IMG/VR virus record: IMGVR_UViG_2930369814_000001
Location: 22,768 to 86,767 of that record
Reading direction: 5' to 3' (one strand)
Length of the DNA: 64,000 nt
Origin: a virus
Taxonomy: Duplodnaviria; Caudoviricetes
Positions within the stretch are counted from its first letter, which is position 1, and each line of letters begins with the position of its first letter. Positions 16,695 through 27,007 of this stretch are shown here, piece by piece. The notes below the pieces were generated by a model. That model worked only from the letters and a program-made list of their open reading frames with translations, did no database searches and was not told the DNA's origin. Position numbers and translations under genes: made by a program.

Positions 16695-18566
16695 CTAGCT
16701 GACGAGGTTCTGGCCGGGGGCGGTGACGCCGGTGGCGCCGGTCCAGTCGAGGATCTGCCGGGTGCCGACCAGGTTGTAGGCGGTTCCGGACGGCCACGAC
16801 GAGCCGGTCAGATCGTTGTTGAGGATCAGGGCGTCGGTGGCTGAGGCGGTGACGTCGAGCCCCCACGTGGCTGTGACGCCGTTGCGGAGGATGGTGTTGC
16901 TGATGATCCGCGGCCGGACGGTGCTGGATGTGGCGCGGATGCCGGAGCCGGCAGCGCCGACGATCCGGTTCGTGGCGACCGTGACGTTGGAGCCGCCGCT
17001 GACGAGGATGCCGTGACTGGACGACCCGTCGACGACGTTGGTGGTGACGTGGCCGCCCGTGCACGTGTCCACGCCGATGCTCGTGCCGCCGGAGCTGGCG
17101 CACTGGTTGCCGGTGATGAGCGGCGCCGCACAGTTGATCGCATAGATGCTCGACGACGTACACGCACTGATCTTGTTTTCGGCGATCTGCGGCTGGTCGG
17201 CCTGCGACACGTAAATGCCGGTGGTGGCCGATCCGGTGACCCGGTTCCCGATGAAGGACACGCCAGCGGGTCGCGCGGTGGCGAAGCCGACGACCCGCAG
17301 CGGCGATGATCCTCCGGCCGTTCCGAGGATGTTGCCTCGGACGGTGACGTCCTGGCAGATGTTGGTGTAGCCGGCGGCTGCCGGGTCGGGCCCGGTGACG
17401 ATGATTCCGGCACCCTCTGTGCCTGTCACCACGTTGTCGGCGATGACCGCGTTCTTCCAGGCGTAGGCGCGGACGCCCTCCTGCAACGTGGTTTCGATGC
17501 GGTTGCCGAGGATCTGTACGCCGTCGCACCAGGTGGTGGCGTTGTAGCTGGAGTGGGATCCGATGGCGCGGCCGAAGCCGCCGAGGCGGGCGGAGGCGCC
17601 GAACGAGCAGCCTTGGACGAGGATGTTGCGGCAGCCGGTGCCGTCGAAGGCGCCGTTGATGCCAGACCCGGACACGGCGAAGTCGAGCTGGATCGCCTCA
17701 CGGAAGCTGCTGGACTGGTCGACGGTGTTGTCGCGGAAGCCCTCGAACCGGCAGTTCAGAATGCGCACGTTCTGGCTGGCAACAAGGTCGATGCCGTGCC
17801 CGCTCGACACGTTCCGGATCGTCACGTCGCGGAAGATGACGTCGCTGTTGTGGCCGCACAGGAAGCCGTTGACGATGCTGGTCGCCGTACCGGTGGAACC
17901 GTCGGAGGCGTTGACGTCCCAGATGCCGCCGCAGATCCGGATGCGGGAGTGCCCGGTGTAGCCGGTGAACGCGGTGTCCGTCTCGCGGTACAGCTTGGCC
18001 AGGCCCCGGTTGGCGATGCCCTTGATCGTCGCCCCGTAGGCGACGACGGTGACCCCGGTGAGGATGTGCAGGTGGTCGGAGATGCCGTAGGTGCGGCCGG
18101 GCGGCAGGTAGACGATGCCCCCGCCGGCTTCGTGGGCGGCGCCGATTGCTGCTTCGATGGCGGGCAGGTCGTCGGCGAGGCCGTTGCCGACGGCGTTGTA
18201 GGGGCCGTGGGTGACGTCGTAGACGCCGGTGAGGCCGCCGCCGCTGGAGGCGCCGCCGTGGGTGTGGTCGGCGCGGGCCGCCGCGGGGCTGACGCCGGGC
18301 AGCGCGTTCTGGGTGATGTCGCGGATGGCGGTGTCGTCGAACGGCACTGCGGTGAGGAGTGCGGTCGTGTCGGCGATGCCGTGAACGTCGTGGGTGCTGG
18401 CCTGGTGCGCGGCGAGGCCGGCGGCTGTGGCGAGGCCGGTGATGCTGCCTGTCTGTCCGTTGACGGAGGAGACGAGCCCGGCGGCGACTTCGATGACACG
18501 GGATGGGGTGCCGCCGGTGACGTTGACGGTGTCGGCGGGCTTCTCGCCGATGACCCGGATTCTCAC
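16695..18566 (-). CDS. Right-handed parallel beta-helix (pectate lyase-like) tailspike/depolymerase
   Basis: YNAVGNGLADDLPAIEAAI...GGGIVYLPPG followed by PbH1-type repeats. Confidence 0.85.
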   Translation of the reverse strand: MRIRVIGEKPADTVNVTGGTPSRVIEVAAGLVSSVNGQTGSITGLATAAGLAAHQASTHDVHGIADTTALLTAVPFDDTAIRDITQNALPGVSPAAARADHTHGGASSGGGLTGVYDVTHGPYNAVGNGLADDLPAIEAAIGAAHEAGGGIVYLPPGRTYGISDHLHILTGVTVVAYGATIKGIANRGLAKLYRETDTAFTGYTGHSRIRICGGIWDVNASDGSTGTATSIVNGFLCGHNSDVIFRDVTIRNVSSGHGIDLVASQNVRILNCRFEGFRDNTVDQSSSFREAIQLDFAVSGSGINGAFDGTGCRNILVQGCSFGASARLGGFGRAIGSHSSYNATTWCDGVQILGNRIETTLQEGVRAYAWKNAVIADNVVTGTEGAGIIVTGPDPAAAGYTNICQDVTVRGNILGTAGGSSPLRVVGFATARPAGVSFIGNRVTGSATTGIYVSQADQPQIAENKISACTSSSIYAINCAAPLITGNQCASSGGTSIGVDTCTGGHVTTNVVDGSSSHGILVSGGSNVTVATNRIVGAAGSGIRATSSTVRPRIISNTILRNGVTATWGLDVTASATDALILNNDLTGSSWPSGTAYNLVGTRQILDWTGATGVTAPGQNLVS

Positions 18567-19675
18567 CTGGTCACCTCCGGGGAGACGATCGCCCTCCCGT
18601 TGAGGATCCGCACCACGGTGGAGCCCTGGACGACTTCGAGGTCCCAGCGGCCGTTGCGGGTGAGGGTGGCGGTCGCGGTGGCGGGGATGGCCAGCCGGAT
18701 GGATCCGCCGGTGGTGGTGAGGTAGTCGGTGAGGTCGAGGAGGAGCGGGGCGGTGGGGGTGGCGTCGGACCGGATTTGTGCGCGGGCGGTCCAGCCGTCC
18801 CAGGTGAAGTCGGGGTCGTCGTCGACGGTGTACGTCTGGACGAAGGTGGCGCCTTGTTCGATGTACAGGTCCCAGTCTCCCGCGGCCAAGGCTGCCACCT
18901 CCGGGAGGTTGGTTCCGTCGGCGTCCGCGGCTAGTTCGGTGCTGGCGGTGAGGCTGGCGTCGGCGTGGGCGGTGAGGGCGGCGTCGGCGTCGAGGCTGGT
19001 GTCGGCGGTAAGCGCGGCGAGGGCTGCGGCACCAAGGCGGGGCGCTGCGGTGAGGGTGCTGCCGACGGTGAGCGCTGTGGCCGCGGTCCATACGGCGCCG
19101 TCGGACAGGGTGTTGACATTGTCGTACTCGGCGTAGTCGGTGACGCCCGCGTCGCGGTAGCCGTACAGGTCGAGGGCGCAGGTGTCGACGGCCGCGGTGA
19201 CCCAGGCGGGGGTGGCGAGCGTGCGACGGTTGGTCCACGTCGATCCGTCGGGGCTGGTGTCCCAGTAGATGTTGGTGCCGTCTTCGCGGAGCCGCAGCCA
19301 CAGGTGATCGGTGGCCGAGTAGGTGATCTCTACGGCTGTGGGGTCGTAGTAGTCGGTGTTGGCTTGCATGCGGAGCATGCCGGTCACCAGGTTGATTTTG
19401 AAGCCGAGGGCGGTGCCGTCGACAGCGGAGGTGACCATGAAGTGCACGCCGACGTCGGTGCCGGTCGACACGGCGGGCAGGGTGGGGATTTTCAGGTAGA
19501 CGGTGGCGCCGGCCAGTGTCCAGGCCCGCCCGGTCTGGAATCCGGCGTAGGCGCCCGCGACGAGGGGGACGCGGGCGCGGCCGGCGGCGATGCTGACACC
19601 ACCGTAGGAGTCGCCCCAGTTGGCGCTGATGATTCCGCTGTTGAAGTTGTCGACGAGTGTGCTGAGGCTGGGCAT
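18563..19675 (-). CDS. Putative virion/fibre adaptor protein
   Basis: Beta-rich N-terminus, Ala-rich linker, C-terminal DLYIEQGATF...WTARAQIR...GRWDLEV domain. Confidence 0.6.
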   Translation of the reverse strand: MPSLSTLVDNFNSGIISANWGDSYGGVSIAAGRARVPLVAGAYAGFQTGRAWTLAGATVYLKIPTLPAVSTGTDVGVHFMVTSAVDGTALGFKINLVTGMLRMQANTDYYDPTAVEITYSATDHLWLRLREDGTNIYWDTSPDGSTWTNRRTLATPAWVTAAVDTCALDLYGYRDAGVTDYAEYDNVNTLSDGAVWTAATALTVGSTLTAAPRLGAAALAALTADTSLDADAALTAHADASLTASTELAADADGTNLPEVAALAAGDWDLYIEQGATFVQTYTVDDDPDFTWDGWTARAQIRSDATPTAPLLLDLTDYLTTTGGSIRLAIPATATATLTRNGRWDLEVVQGSTVVRILNGRAIVSPEVTR

Positions 19676-19686
19676 GCCCGCCCCCT

Positions 19687-20073
19687 CTACGCGATCGACA
19701 GGGTGAGCGCTCCGGCGGGAAGTTTCAGCTCGTCACCTGCGGCGACGGTGCGGGTGGCGGACAGCGGCCCGTACCAGAGGCGGACGGGGCTGCCTGCGGA
19801 GTCCCACACTTCGACGCCGACGACGGTGGCGGCGGGCATGCTGGCCCAGGTGAGGTCGGCGCTGTTGCTGGTGGCGCCGTTGACGGCGGCGGCCACGGAC
19901 AGGTTCTGCCGGGTGTAGGACCCGCCGGCGACTTCGGTGCCTGCGGTGGCGTCGTCGCCGTTGGCGGTGACGAGGGCGACTTTGAGCGGTGTGGTGGGCC
20001 GGGTGGGGGTGCCGACGCCGAGGATCCAGTCGAGGGCAAGGTTTTCGGCTGTGTTCGCAAGGTTGTCGGCCAC
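19687..20073 (-). CDS. Small phage tail fibre-like protein
   Basis: ENLALDW, GTEVAGGSYTRQ, NSADLTW, WYGPLS motifs. Confidence 0.7.
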   Translation of the reverse strand: MADNLANTAENLALDWILGVGTPTRPTTPLKVALVTANGDDATAGTEVAGGSYTRQNLSVAAAVNGATSNSADLTWASMPAATVVGVEVWDSAGSPVRLWYGPLSATRTVAAGDELKLPAGALTLSIA

Positions 20074-20189
20074 GCGGCCTCCTTCGCTTGGGCGCCGCGT
20101 GGCGCGTGGTTGGGGTGTCCCGCCGCCTGGACGGGGGGTGTCGGGCGGCGGGACTCGGGGCGGTGACCGTGCCGCCCCGGCTTTGGGGT

Positions 20190-21095
20190 CTAGCGCTTCC
20201 AGGCGTAGACCTTCTCGCCACCGATCATCGGGGCGCCCTCGGGGCCCTTGATGTGCGGTGCGATCCACACTGGTCGGTGGACTTGCCGGGCCGGGTACCA
20301 CTGCTGGCGCCAGTGGCCGCGCACGATCCACTGGTGATGGAACTCGCGGGAGCCGTCGCCAGAGCCACTGTGGGCGGGACGGCGAAGCTCGATCACGCGA
20401 ACGGGACTGGGCTCGCGACCTACGCGTCGCAGGCGTTTCGCCGACGCTCGAGTCGGCTCCGTCTCATCCGTTCGCGCGAGCGTCTGCTGCATGAGTAGCC
20501 ATGTCGCCCTGAGGGCAGGAGCCAGCCCTTCGAGGAAGCCGTCGCTGTCCGGGGATGCTCCGTCATTCTCCCCGAACTCCCACGCGAACTCTGCGCCGAA
20601 GCCGTAGATGAGTCGCGGTTCCGTCCAGGGACGCCGACTCTTGGTCCGCTTGGCTATGTGCGGCGCCGCCTCGTCGCGAGCGAGGTAGACGGTGCCGTAG
20701 ATGCCGTTCCCATTCGGCGGCATGGGGCCCCAACAGACTGCCTTCACCCCGCAAGGTGCGCCGGGAAACGGCACTACGTGAGGCGGCGTCTCAAAGAGCA
20801 TCAGCCCGCATCGGGAGGGCACATCCTCGGCCTGCAAGGCAAATCCCGGTACAGACCGTGCGGCAGCGCGGGCCAAGCTCCCCATGTCCGATGAGACGTA
20901 GTACAGCTCTGCGCTGTCAAGGCGGTCTGCCTCGAGAGCTCGCAGAGTCGCCTGGTCGCGCCCGGCAGGTCCGAAGCACCAGTCCCACAACTTCTGGTCG
21001 ACTCCACTGGCCCACATCTCTGCGGCATAGGTTGAGTTGATCCACTCCACGACGTCAGCGCGCAGCTCGGGTAGGTCGACGGGCCGGATATCCAT
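20190..21095 (-). CDS. Conserved phage protein with C-terminal WIVRGHWR motif
   Basis: HQWIVRGHWRQQWYP...VWIAPHIKGP; GGAG RBS. Confidence 0.75.
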   Translation of the reverse strand: MDIRPVDLPELRADVVEWINSTYAAEMWASGVDQKLWDWCFGPAGRDQATLRALEADRLDSAELYYVSSDMGSLARAAARSVPGFALQAEDVPSRCGLMLFETPPHVVPFPGAPCGVKAVCWGPMPPNGNGIYGTVYLARDEAAPHIAKRTKSRRPWTEPRLIYGFGAEFAWEFGENDGASPDSDGFLEGLAPALRATWLLMQQTLARTDETEPTRASAKRLRRVGREPSPVRVIELRRPAHSGSGDGSREFHHQWIVRGHWRQQWYPARQVHRPVWIAPHIKGPEGAPMIGGEKVYAWKR

Positions 21096-21280
21096 GTCGT
21101 CTCCAGGGAACGCGGAAGCCCGGCGCCTGGAACGCCGGGCTTCCTTCCCGCAGTAGCTAGCTGCGGGCGTTGATGGGGTTGTTGTCCGCCCGGCCACCCC
21201 ACAGAGGCCGGGCGGACATGGGGGCCGAGCGCTGGGGGCGCTGCAAGGCCCAACCCTGCGGGAGCCGTCACGCAGGGAGA

Positions 21281-21526
21281 TCAGGCGGCGAGTAAGGGTG
21301 CCGTTTCGATGATGGGCGGGGTGGGTCCGGGTTCGAGCAGTTCGCGGGTGTCGGCGTCGCGGCGGGCTTCGGGGAGTTCGGCGAGGTCGTAGAGGACGCC
21401 GTTGCGGCGCCGGGCGCGGTCGCCGTGGCGGGTGAGTCGTCCTTCGGCTGCCCATCGTCGGATGGTGGTGGCGGGGCGGCCGGTCCAGTAGACGGCGAGG
21501 TCTTCGGTGACGAGCTGCGGGGGCAT
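21281..21526 (-). CDS. Small HTH DNA-binding protein
   Basis: TGRPATTIRRWAAEGRL...LYDLAEL. Confidence 0.7.
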   Translation of the reverse strand: MPPQLVTEDLAVYWTGRPATTIRRWAAEGRLTRHGDRARRRNGVLYDLAELPEARRDADTRELLEPGPTPPIIETAPLLAA

Positions 21527-21599
21527 TCGACCACCCCCTAAACGTGAGAAAGGGCCGCCTGTAGCGGCCCTCCAGACACAGCGAGATCGATTGGAGCAG

Positions 21600-21629
21600 A
21601 CGATACGCTCAGACCTGATCAGATAGCAA
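21600..21629 (-). promoter_or_regulatory. Candidate sigma70-type promoter
   Basis: TTGCTA-N18-TATCGT on minus strand in an intergenic gap. Confidence 0.3.
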
Positions 21630-21649
21630 CCCCTGTTGCCGAAACGGCA

Positions 21650-21979
21650 TCAGGGGGCGACTGTGATCTGTTCGCCGTCCCACAGCAGCGTCTCCCCGAC
21701 GCGAGCAAGGATGGCGGGTTCCCCGTCTCGCTGCACGACCCACCCGCCGACTCCGGCGACAGCCCGGTAGCCGTGTTGGCGGCACCAGCGGTCGGGGATG
21801 TCGAGGAGCATCGACATGGTGAGGGTGAGGCGTGCCGGGTTGGCTGCGGCCCGGTTGCACGCCATGCGCCGGAAGAGGTCGGCCGTTCCTTGGAGTGCCC
21901 ACCGGGTCCGCTGCGGCGTTCGGAAGCGGTGGGCTTCCTCCTCGTAGGCACGGGCCAAGTCGATCAGGGTTCCGCTCAC
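21650..21979 (-). CDS. Hypothetical protein
   Basis: Coupled ORF. Confidence 0.55.
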   Translation of the reverse strand: MSGTLIDLARAYEEEAHRFRTPQRTRWALQGTADLFRRMACNRAAANPARLTLTMSMLLDIPDRWCRQHGYRAVAGVGGWVVQRDGEPAILARVGETLLWDGEQITVAP

Positions 21980-22205
21980 GGTGTCTCCTGGGTGGCTGCG
22001 ATGGCGCGGAATTCAAGCGTGTCGGCTTCGATGTCGATGGCGGCCCCGGCGGTGTGAAGGTCGCAGTCGGGGTCGTCGGCAAGGTTCCGGCAGGACGTGG
22101 CGATGGCCCGCAGGAGGATCGTGACGACTTCGCACGACAGGTAGGGCTGGCCGTCGTTCGCGGTCACGATCGGCAGACTGTCCGCCGCATGCGGCAGCGG
22201 GGCAG

Positions 22206-22523
22206 TCACTTCGTGTCCATGAGGCGCCGCCACCATGGCCGCCTTGGGGCGTGGGCTACCGGCTCGCGGAGCAGGTGGCTGGCAATGGGCCACTGGGGGT
22301 AGCCGCGATGCTCACAGGGGTAGAAGGTGACGATCCATACGCCTTGGACTTCGTCGAACTCCCACACAGCATCGTCTGGCGCTGGGTACGAGTGCAGAGG
22401 GCAGGTGCCTACAAGGGGCTTGCCCTGCGCCTGCGCGAGTTCGAGGTTACGGGTCTTCTCGATGCCCATCGGGAAGGTCGGCGGGCAGCCGTATGGACGG
22501 CGCAAGATGCGTCTGGGTGTCAC
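22206..22523 (-). CDS. Hypothetical protein
   Basis: Coupled to upstream stop. Confidence 0.45.
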   Translation of the reverse strand: MTPRRILRRPYGCPPTFPMGIEKTRNLELAQAQGKPLVGTCPLHSYPAPDDAVWEFDEVQGVWIVTFYPCEHRGYPQWPIASHLLREPVAHAPRRPWWRRLMDTK

Positions 22524-23248
22524 GCCGCCACCTCATGCTCCTGCTCGTTCCGCTGCTGCTCGGTCACAGCGTCCTGCGCGGCGCGGAGTTCCCGCCATTC
22601 CCCGAGCGTCTCCCACCGTGTCCCGCAGCCTGCGCATCGGACGCGGTGGCTGGCGGCGGTCGCGGTCAACGGCGTCGCGCAGTGGCCGTCGTCGACGCGT
22701 ACCGGGCACAGGCCGATTTTGACCCGGCCGGGGCGGCGATCACCGTCGACGATCGCCTTGCACTCGGCGTGCAGACGCCTCAGGTCGTCGATATCCTGCC
22801 CCACCTCCTCGTAAGAGCTGCACGCCCACAGGAGGTTGTTGCCGAGGAACCCGGCCAGCTCCGGTACCGCCTGCGCCGGGGAACCACGCCACGGGGCAAC
22901 CGTCCAGCCGAGCGCGACCCGCCACGCATCCTCAATCGCCGACAGCCGCGCGGCGACACCGCCAGGCCCGACCAACGCGAGGACTTCCAAGCGGGGCGGG
23001 ATCGGCGGCGTCTTGCTGCCGGTACTCCCGGATCCGCCGGGCCGGCGCGCACCCCGCATCAGCATCGCGGTGGTGTCGAGCTGGCGGAACAGGGCGGGCA
23101 GTTCGGCTATCCGCTGCCCGGTCTGGTCTTCGCAGGGGCGGCAGGCCCAGCGGCCGGTCTCGTTGGCCCAAAGCTGACGGCCGCAGTTCGGGGTGACACA
23201 GGTCGGCCACGAATACTCGTCGAGGTCGGTGGTGGGGTTGTCGTGCAC
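22520..23248 (-). CDS. Zn-finger protein, putative late transcription regulator
   Basis: Multiple Cys pairs at both ends (IGLCP...VRCAGCGTRW); position ahead of the late region. Confidence 0.6.
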   Translation of the reverse strand: MHDNPTTDLDEYSWPTCVTPNCGRQLWANETGRWACRPCEDQTGQRIAELPALFRQLDTTAMLMRGARRPGGSGSTGSKTPPIPPRLEVLALVGPGGVAARLSAIEDAWRVALGWTVAPWRGSPAQAVPELAGFLGNNLLWACSSYEEVGQDIDDLRRLHAECKAIVDGDRRPGRVKIGLCPVRVDDGHCATPLTATAASHRVRCAGCGTRWETLGEWRELRAAQDAVTEQQRNEQEHEVAA

Positions 23249-23345
23249 GGCAGGCTCCTCATGGCGCGGGAAGCAGGGTGATGCTTGAGCCAATGATGGC
23301 GCATGAGGTTGACAGACTGGTCCGTTGGCACAGTCGGGCATGCGT

Positions 23346-23376
23346 GAGGGCCCGCACTGGTCTAGTGCGGGCCCTC
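23346..23376. terminator. Stem-loop terminator
   Basis: GAGGGCCCGCACT...AGTGCGGGCCCTC. Confidence 0.6.
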
Positions 23377-23386
23377 GGCGGGGCGG

Positions 23387-26300
23387 TCACTTCTCTATGG
23401 CGGGCGATTCTCCAGCTCCCTCGCAGCGTTGTCCGCGCCGGGGGTCGACGATGCTGGTGCGGACGTTGCCGTGGTGGCCGATCTTGCCGGTTATGGTCAG
23501 GCTGATCGTGCGGCGGCAGACGGGGCAGGTTCCGTGCGGCGGCATGGTCGCTCCTCACTTCTCGGTGACGCGGTCGGCGGCCGTCACAGCGCGGGCGAGT
23601 GCCAGCGCGTCCTTGATTGTGCTCGGCTCGTCTCCGACCGCCCTGGCGTACACAGCAGAAGAACGCAGCAGCTTCGCCACCGCCTGGCCAAGCTCGGGGC
23701 TGATCGTGTCACTGTCGAGTTGGAGGGTCGCAGCGGCGCCGTCGGCCAACTCCTGCGACACCTGCTCCTTGTGACTCCTGGTTTGCATGGTCGGTCCTCA
23801 CTTCTCGGTGGCGCGGTCGCCTCGGATGATGGCGAGGCAGTCCGTGCACCAGCGCTCTCCCGGCTTGTCCAGTCGCAGCGGCACATCCTGCTTGGGTCCC
23901 GGTGCGACGATGCCCTCCGTGTCGCTGCACGCGATGGAGTGGAAGTCGCATTGTCCGTCGCAGCGGCCGACGGACTTGTGCCAGACCAGGACCGTATTGC
24001 CGCCCTCGGTCCGGACTCGCTCCTGTGTTGCCAGCATGGTCGATCTCCTCAATTCGTGTCTGCGTGCGTGATGCCGATGGCGGCGATGTCGCCCCGGCTG
24101 AGCTGGTACCGGCATCCGTCGGCCTCGGCGGTGATCCCACCAGCACCCGCTTCGGTGATCTCGTAGACGCGGGTCTGGTTCCAGCGCAGCCCCGCGCGCG
24201 GGAACCGCACCCGGTCCCCCGCCTCGTACCGCTGGCCGCCGATCTCGAACACGGGCTCAGCGTCCCCGGCCTCGGCATGCTCGGTCCAGTACTGGCGGTC
24301 GGCTGCTGCCGCCTCGGCCGGGGACTCCTCCCACCAATCAGCAGCCGCCACGGCGGTCACGGTGTCATCTCCGCAAGCCTCCGCAGCATGGCCGTCTGGT
24401 CACCGCTACTGGTGACCCAGGCACCGCCAGGCCCGTAGGCGGTGGTCCGGCTGGGCAGGTGCCGCTGGTTGTGCCCGTCGGGCGGGATCAGCAGCGAGCC
24501 CCGGAACGCGGCGTCGTCCGGCTGCGTGCCCTTGTAGAGGCAGAGCCGGAGGGCGCCGAGACGATCGACGCCGAGGACCAGGACGTGCCCGGCCGGGGTT
24601 GTGGAGTCGGCACCGGTCCAGCGGACGTTCAGGTCGGCAAGCTTGATCGCGGTCACGACGGCTCCTGCGGGATGTCGGATGCGTGGACGGTTTCGAAGTG
24701 CCACCAGCGTCCGCCTTCCCACTGCATGACCTTCGCCGTGTCGGCACCGGCCCGAAGCGCGGTCCGCACGTGCTCGAACGCCTTGGCCTCGCTGGTGTGC
24801 TCGGTCTCGGCAAGCTGGATACCGCCCTGGGTGAGGATCACCCGCCACGGCTTACGCGGCTTCACGGTCATCGGTTCTCCTTGGTGGCGTGCTCGGCGTT
24901 CTTCCGGTCGGCGATCGTCTGGGCGCCCCGGCGGGTGAAGCACGCTTCCGCCGGGGACTCCTCCCACCAGTCGGCAGCCGTCACGGCAGTCACGACGGCT
25001 CCTTCCTGGTCACCCAGCGCTGCCATGCGGCGAGCCCGGCGATGGCGGCCTTCTCGCGGGTAAGTTCGGGGCGGTTGAGTGTCCGGGCGCCGTCGGCCAG
25101 CCACCACGTCCACCCGTTACGCCCGGTGCGGGACACGCCGCCGTAGGAGGGCTCGATAACGAGCAGTCGACGGTCACCCGAGACGACGTACCAGCGGCGC
25201 GTCTCGGACCAGGTAGGAGCCTTCACAATCTCGGCGGCCTCGACGATGGCGCGGGCTGCTGTCGCGGACAGGCGGCGGGGCATCAGTCGTCGTCCTGCAC
25301 GTAGGCGTTGACGGCCTTGTCCCGGGCTGCCCTGTCACGGAAGCCCTCCACCCTCACGTCACCTTCGGTGTACAGGGCGAGGCCATACAGGCTGCGCTCG
25401 TCGTCGTTGAAGTGGGCAACGACCTGGTAGGGCCAGTCTCCGAGGAGACGCCCGTCGGCCTTTCCAGCGACCTCATGCCAGCCCGTGCCCTCGCTGCGCA
25501 TGCGCTCGATCCAGTCGTAGCCGCTGTCGCACGTCTCGGTGTCGGGCAGTTCGGGCAGCAGGTCGACGGCTACGGCTTCGTACATCTCCTCGGGGGTCAC
25601 TGGATTGCCTCCCGGGCGTCGGCGGCGGCGCGTGCGTTGTCGGCGGCGTAGCGGCGGTGGGCGGCGGCGGCATTGGGCTGGCCGGCGGTGTCGGCTTCCG
25701 TCGCGGCTTCCAGGCGCAGGGCGGCGGCCTTCTCATACATGGCGATCATCTGCTGACGGTCGGCGTGGTTAAGCATTGATGGCTCCTATCGGATCAGGGT
25801 TGGGATGTCGGCCCACCGCACGGTGAGCCCCGGCCGCGGGTGCAGGTCAGAAGAACTCACCGTCGTACAGCTCGTAGCCCTCGGCGTCGACGATCTCGCC
25901 CGGTCGGGTGGCGCCGCGGATGCCGAATCGGGCCTTACGCGGCCAGCCGCGCGCATCGGTGCGCTCGACGATGGTCATGCCCATCTCCTGTGCGCTGACC
26001 TCGTAGCCAGACTCGGCGCGGATCGTGACGTCGAGCCGGAACAGGAGCTCCTTCCAGGCCGCGAAGCTGGTCAGGCCCAGGTCGGGGTGAGCCCGCAGCA
26101 GGAAGCGGTGCACCGAGGCGCGCTGGCCGATGTGAATGCCCTCTCCACTCGCCTCCCCACCGGGAAAGGGGCCGAAGGCGTAGTAGTTGGTGGACATGTG
26201 ATCTCTCCTATCGATGGAGGTCGGGCAGGTTGCGCCAGCGGACGACGAGCCCGGGGTTGTGTGCGGCGAGGGTCTTGTTGGCGACCCGGAGTCGGGCTTC

Positions 26301-26483
26301 GAGGAGCTGCCGGGCTTCGGCGTACTGGGGGCCGCGGCAGGCGGCGTACAGGCGGGCCGCCTCCGCAGCATCCGCCACCGCCGCTTGGACCCGGGCCGGA
26401 AGCTGGCGGCCAGCGAGCAGGGCCACCGCGTCCGGTACCGGAACCTCGACCTGCACCCTTGCGATCACCTCAACCACCTCCAT
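23387..26483 (-). other. Operon of about 12 small hypothetical genes (23387-23545, 23555-23788, 23798-24037, 24049-24360, 24357-24656, 24653-24871, 24868-24993, 24990-25283, 25283-25600, 25597-25776, 25847-26197, 26208-26483)
   Basis: Tightly coupled ORFs with GGAG RBSs; some starts approximate. Confidence 0.65.
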
Positions 26484-26486
26484 GCT

Positions 26487-26565
26487 GTCTATTTTCTAGA
26501 CAACAGCATGACAGCGAACGGCGCCACCGTCTACGACTTAGACAGAAGTCGTCTAGGAAACAGAC
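26487..26565. promoter_or_regulatory. Triple operator GTCTA-N5-(T/C)AGAC in divergent promoter region
   Basis: Copies at 26487, 26529, 26551. Confidence 0.7.
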
Positions 26566-26589
26566 AGCAGCCGTGAGACCATCCACCAC

Positions 26590-26820
26590 ATGACCGATTG
26601 GGAGAAGCAGCTCGGCAAGCGGGCAGCAGCAGTTGAGCGCGCCAAAGCCGCACTCAACGCCGACATTGCAGCAGCACGCCTCGACGGTCACTCATTCCGC
26701 GAAATCGGCGGCTGGGCAGACGTCAACCACGAACGGGCCCGCACCATCTGCATCCGCATCAACGGCGACTCCCGCACGCGCGAAGAGCAGGGCCCAGCAG
26801 CAACCGAGGAACCCCAGTGA
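26590..26820 (+). CDS. Small HTH regulator
   Basis: ARLDGHSFREIGGWADVNHERAR. Confidence 0.75.
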   Translation: MTDWEKQLGKRAAAVERAKAALNADIAAARLDGHSFREIGGWADVNHERARTICIRINGDSRTREEQGPAATEEPQ

Positions 26821-27007
26821 CCGCGATCTACCTCCCCGACTCCGGCAGCCTCCCGCCATGGGTGGGCATCGTGGTCGCCGTGGTGGTGGTGCCGCTACTC
26901 GCCTACCGGGCCTACCGGCTGTGGCGGGCATGGCGACGACGCCGATAGCCGCACGCAATGAAGGCCCCGCACCGGAGCGATCCGGGCGGGGCCTTCATTG
27001 CGTGCGG

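Noticed and set aside
16695-19301. 868-aa version of the beta-helix ORF
   Set aside because: The upstream part overlaps 18563..19675 out of frame; the coupled GTG at 18566 is the better start.
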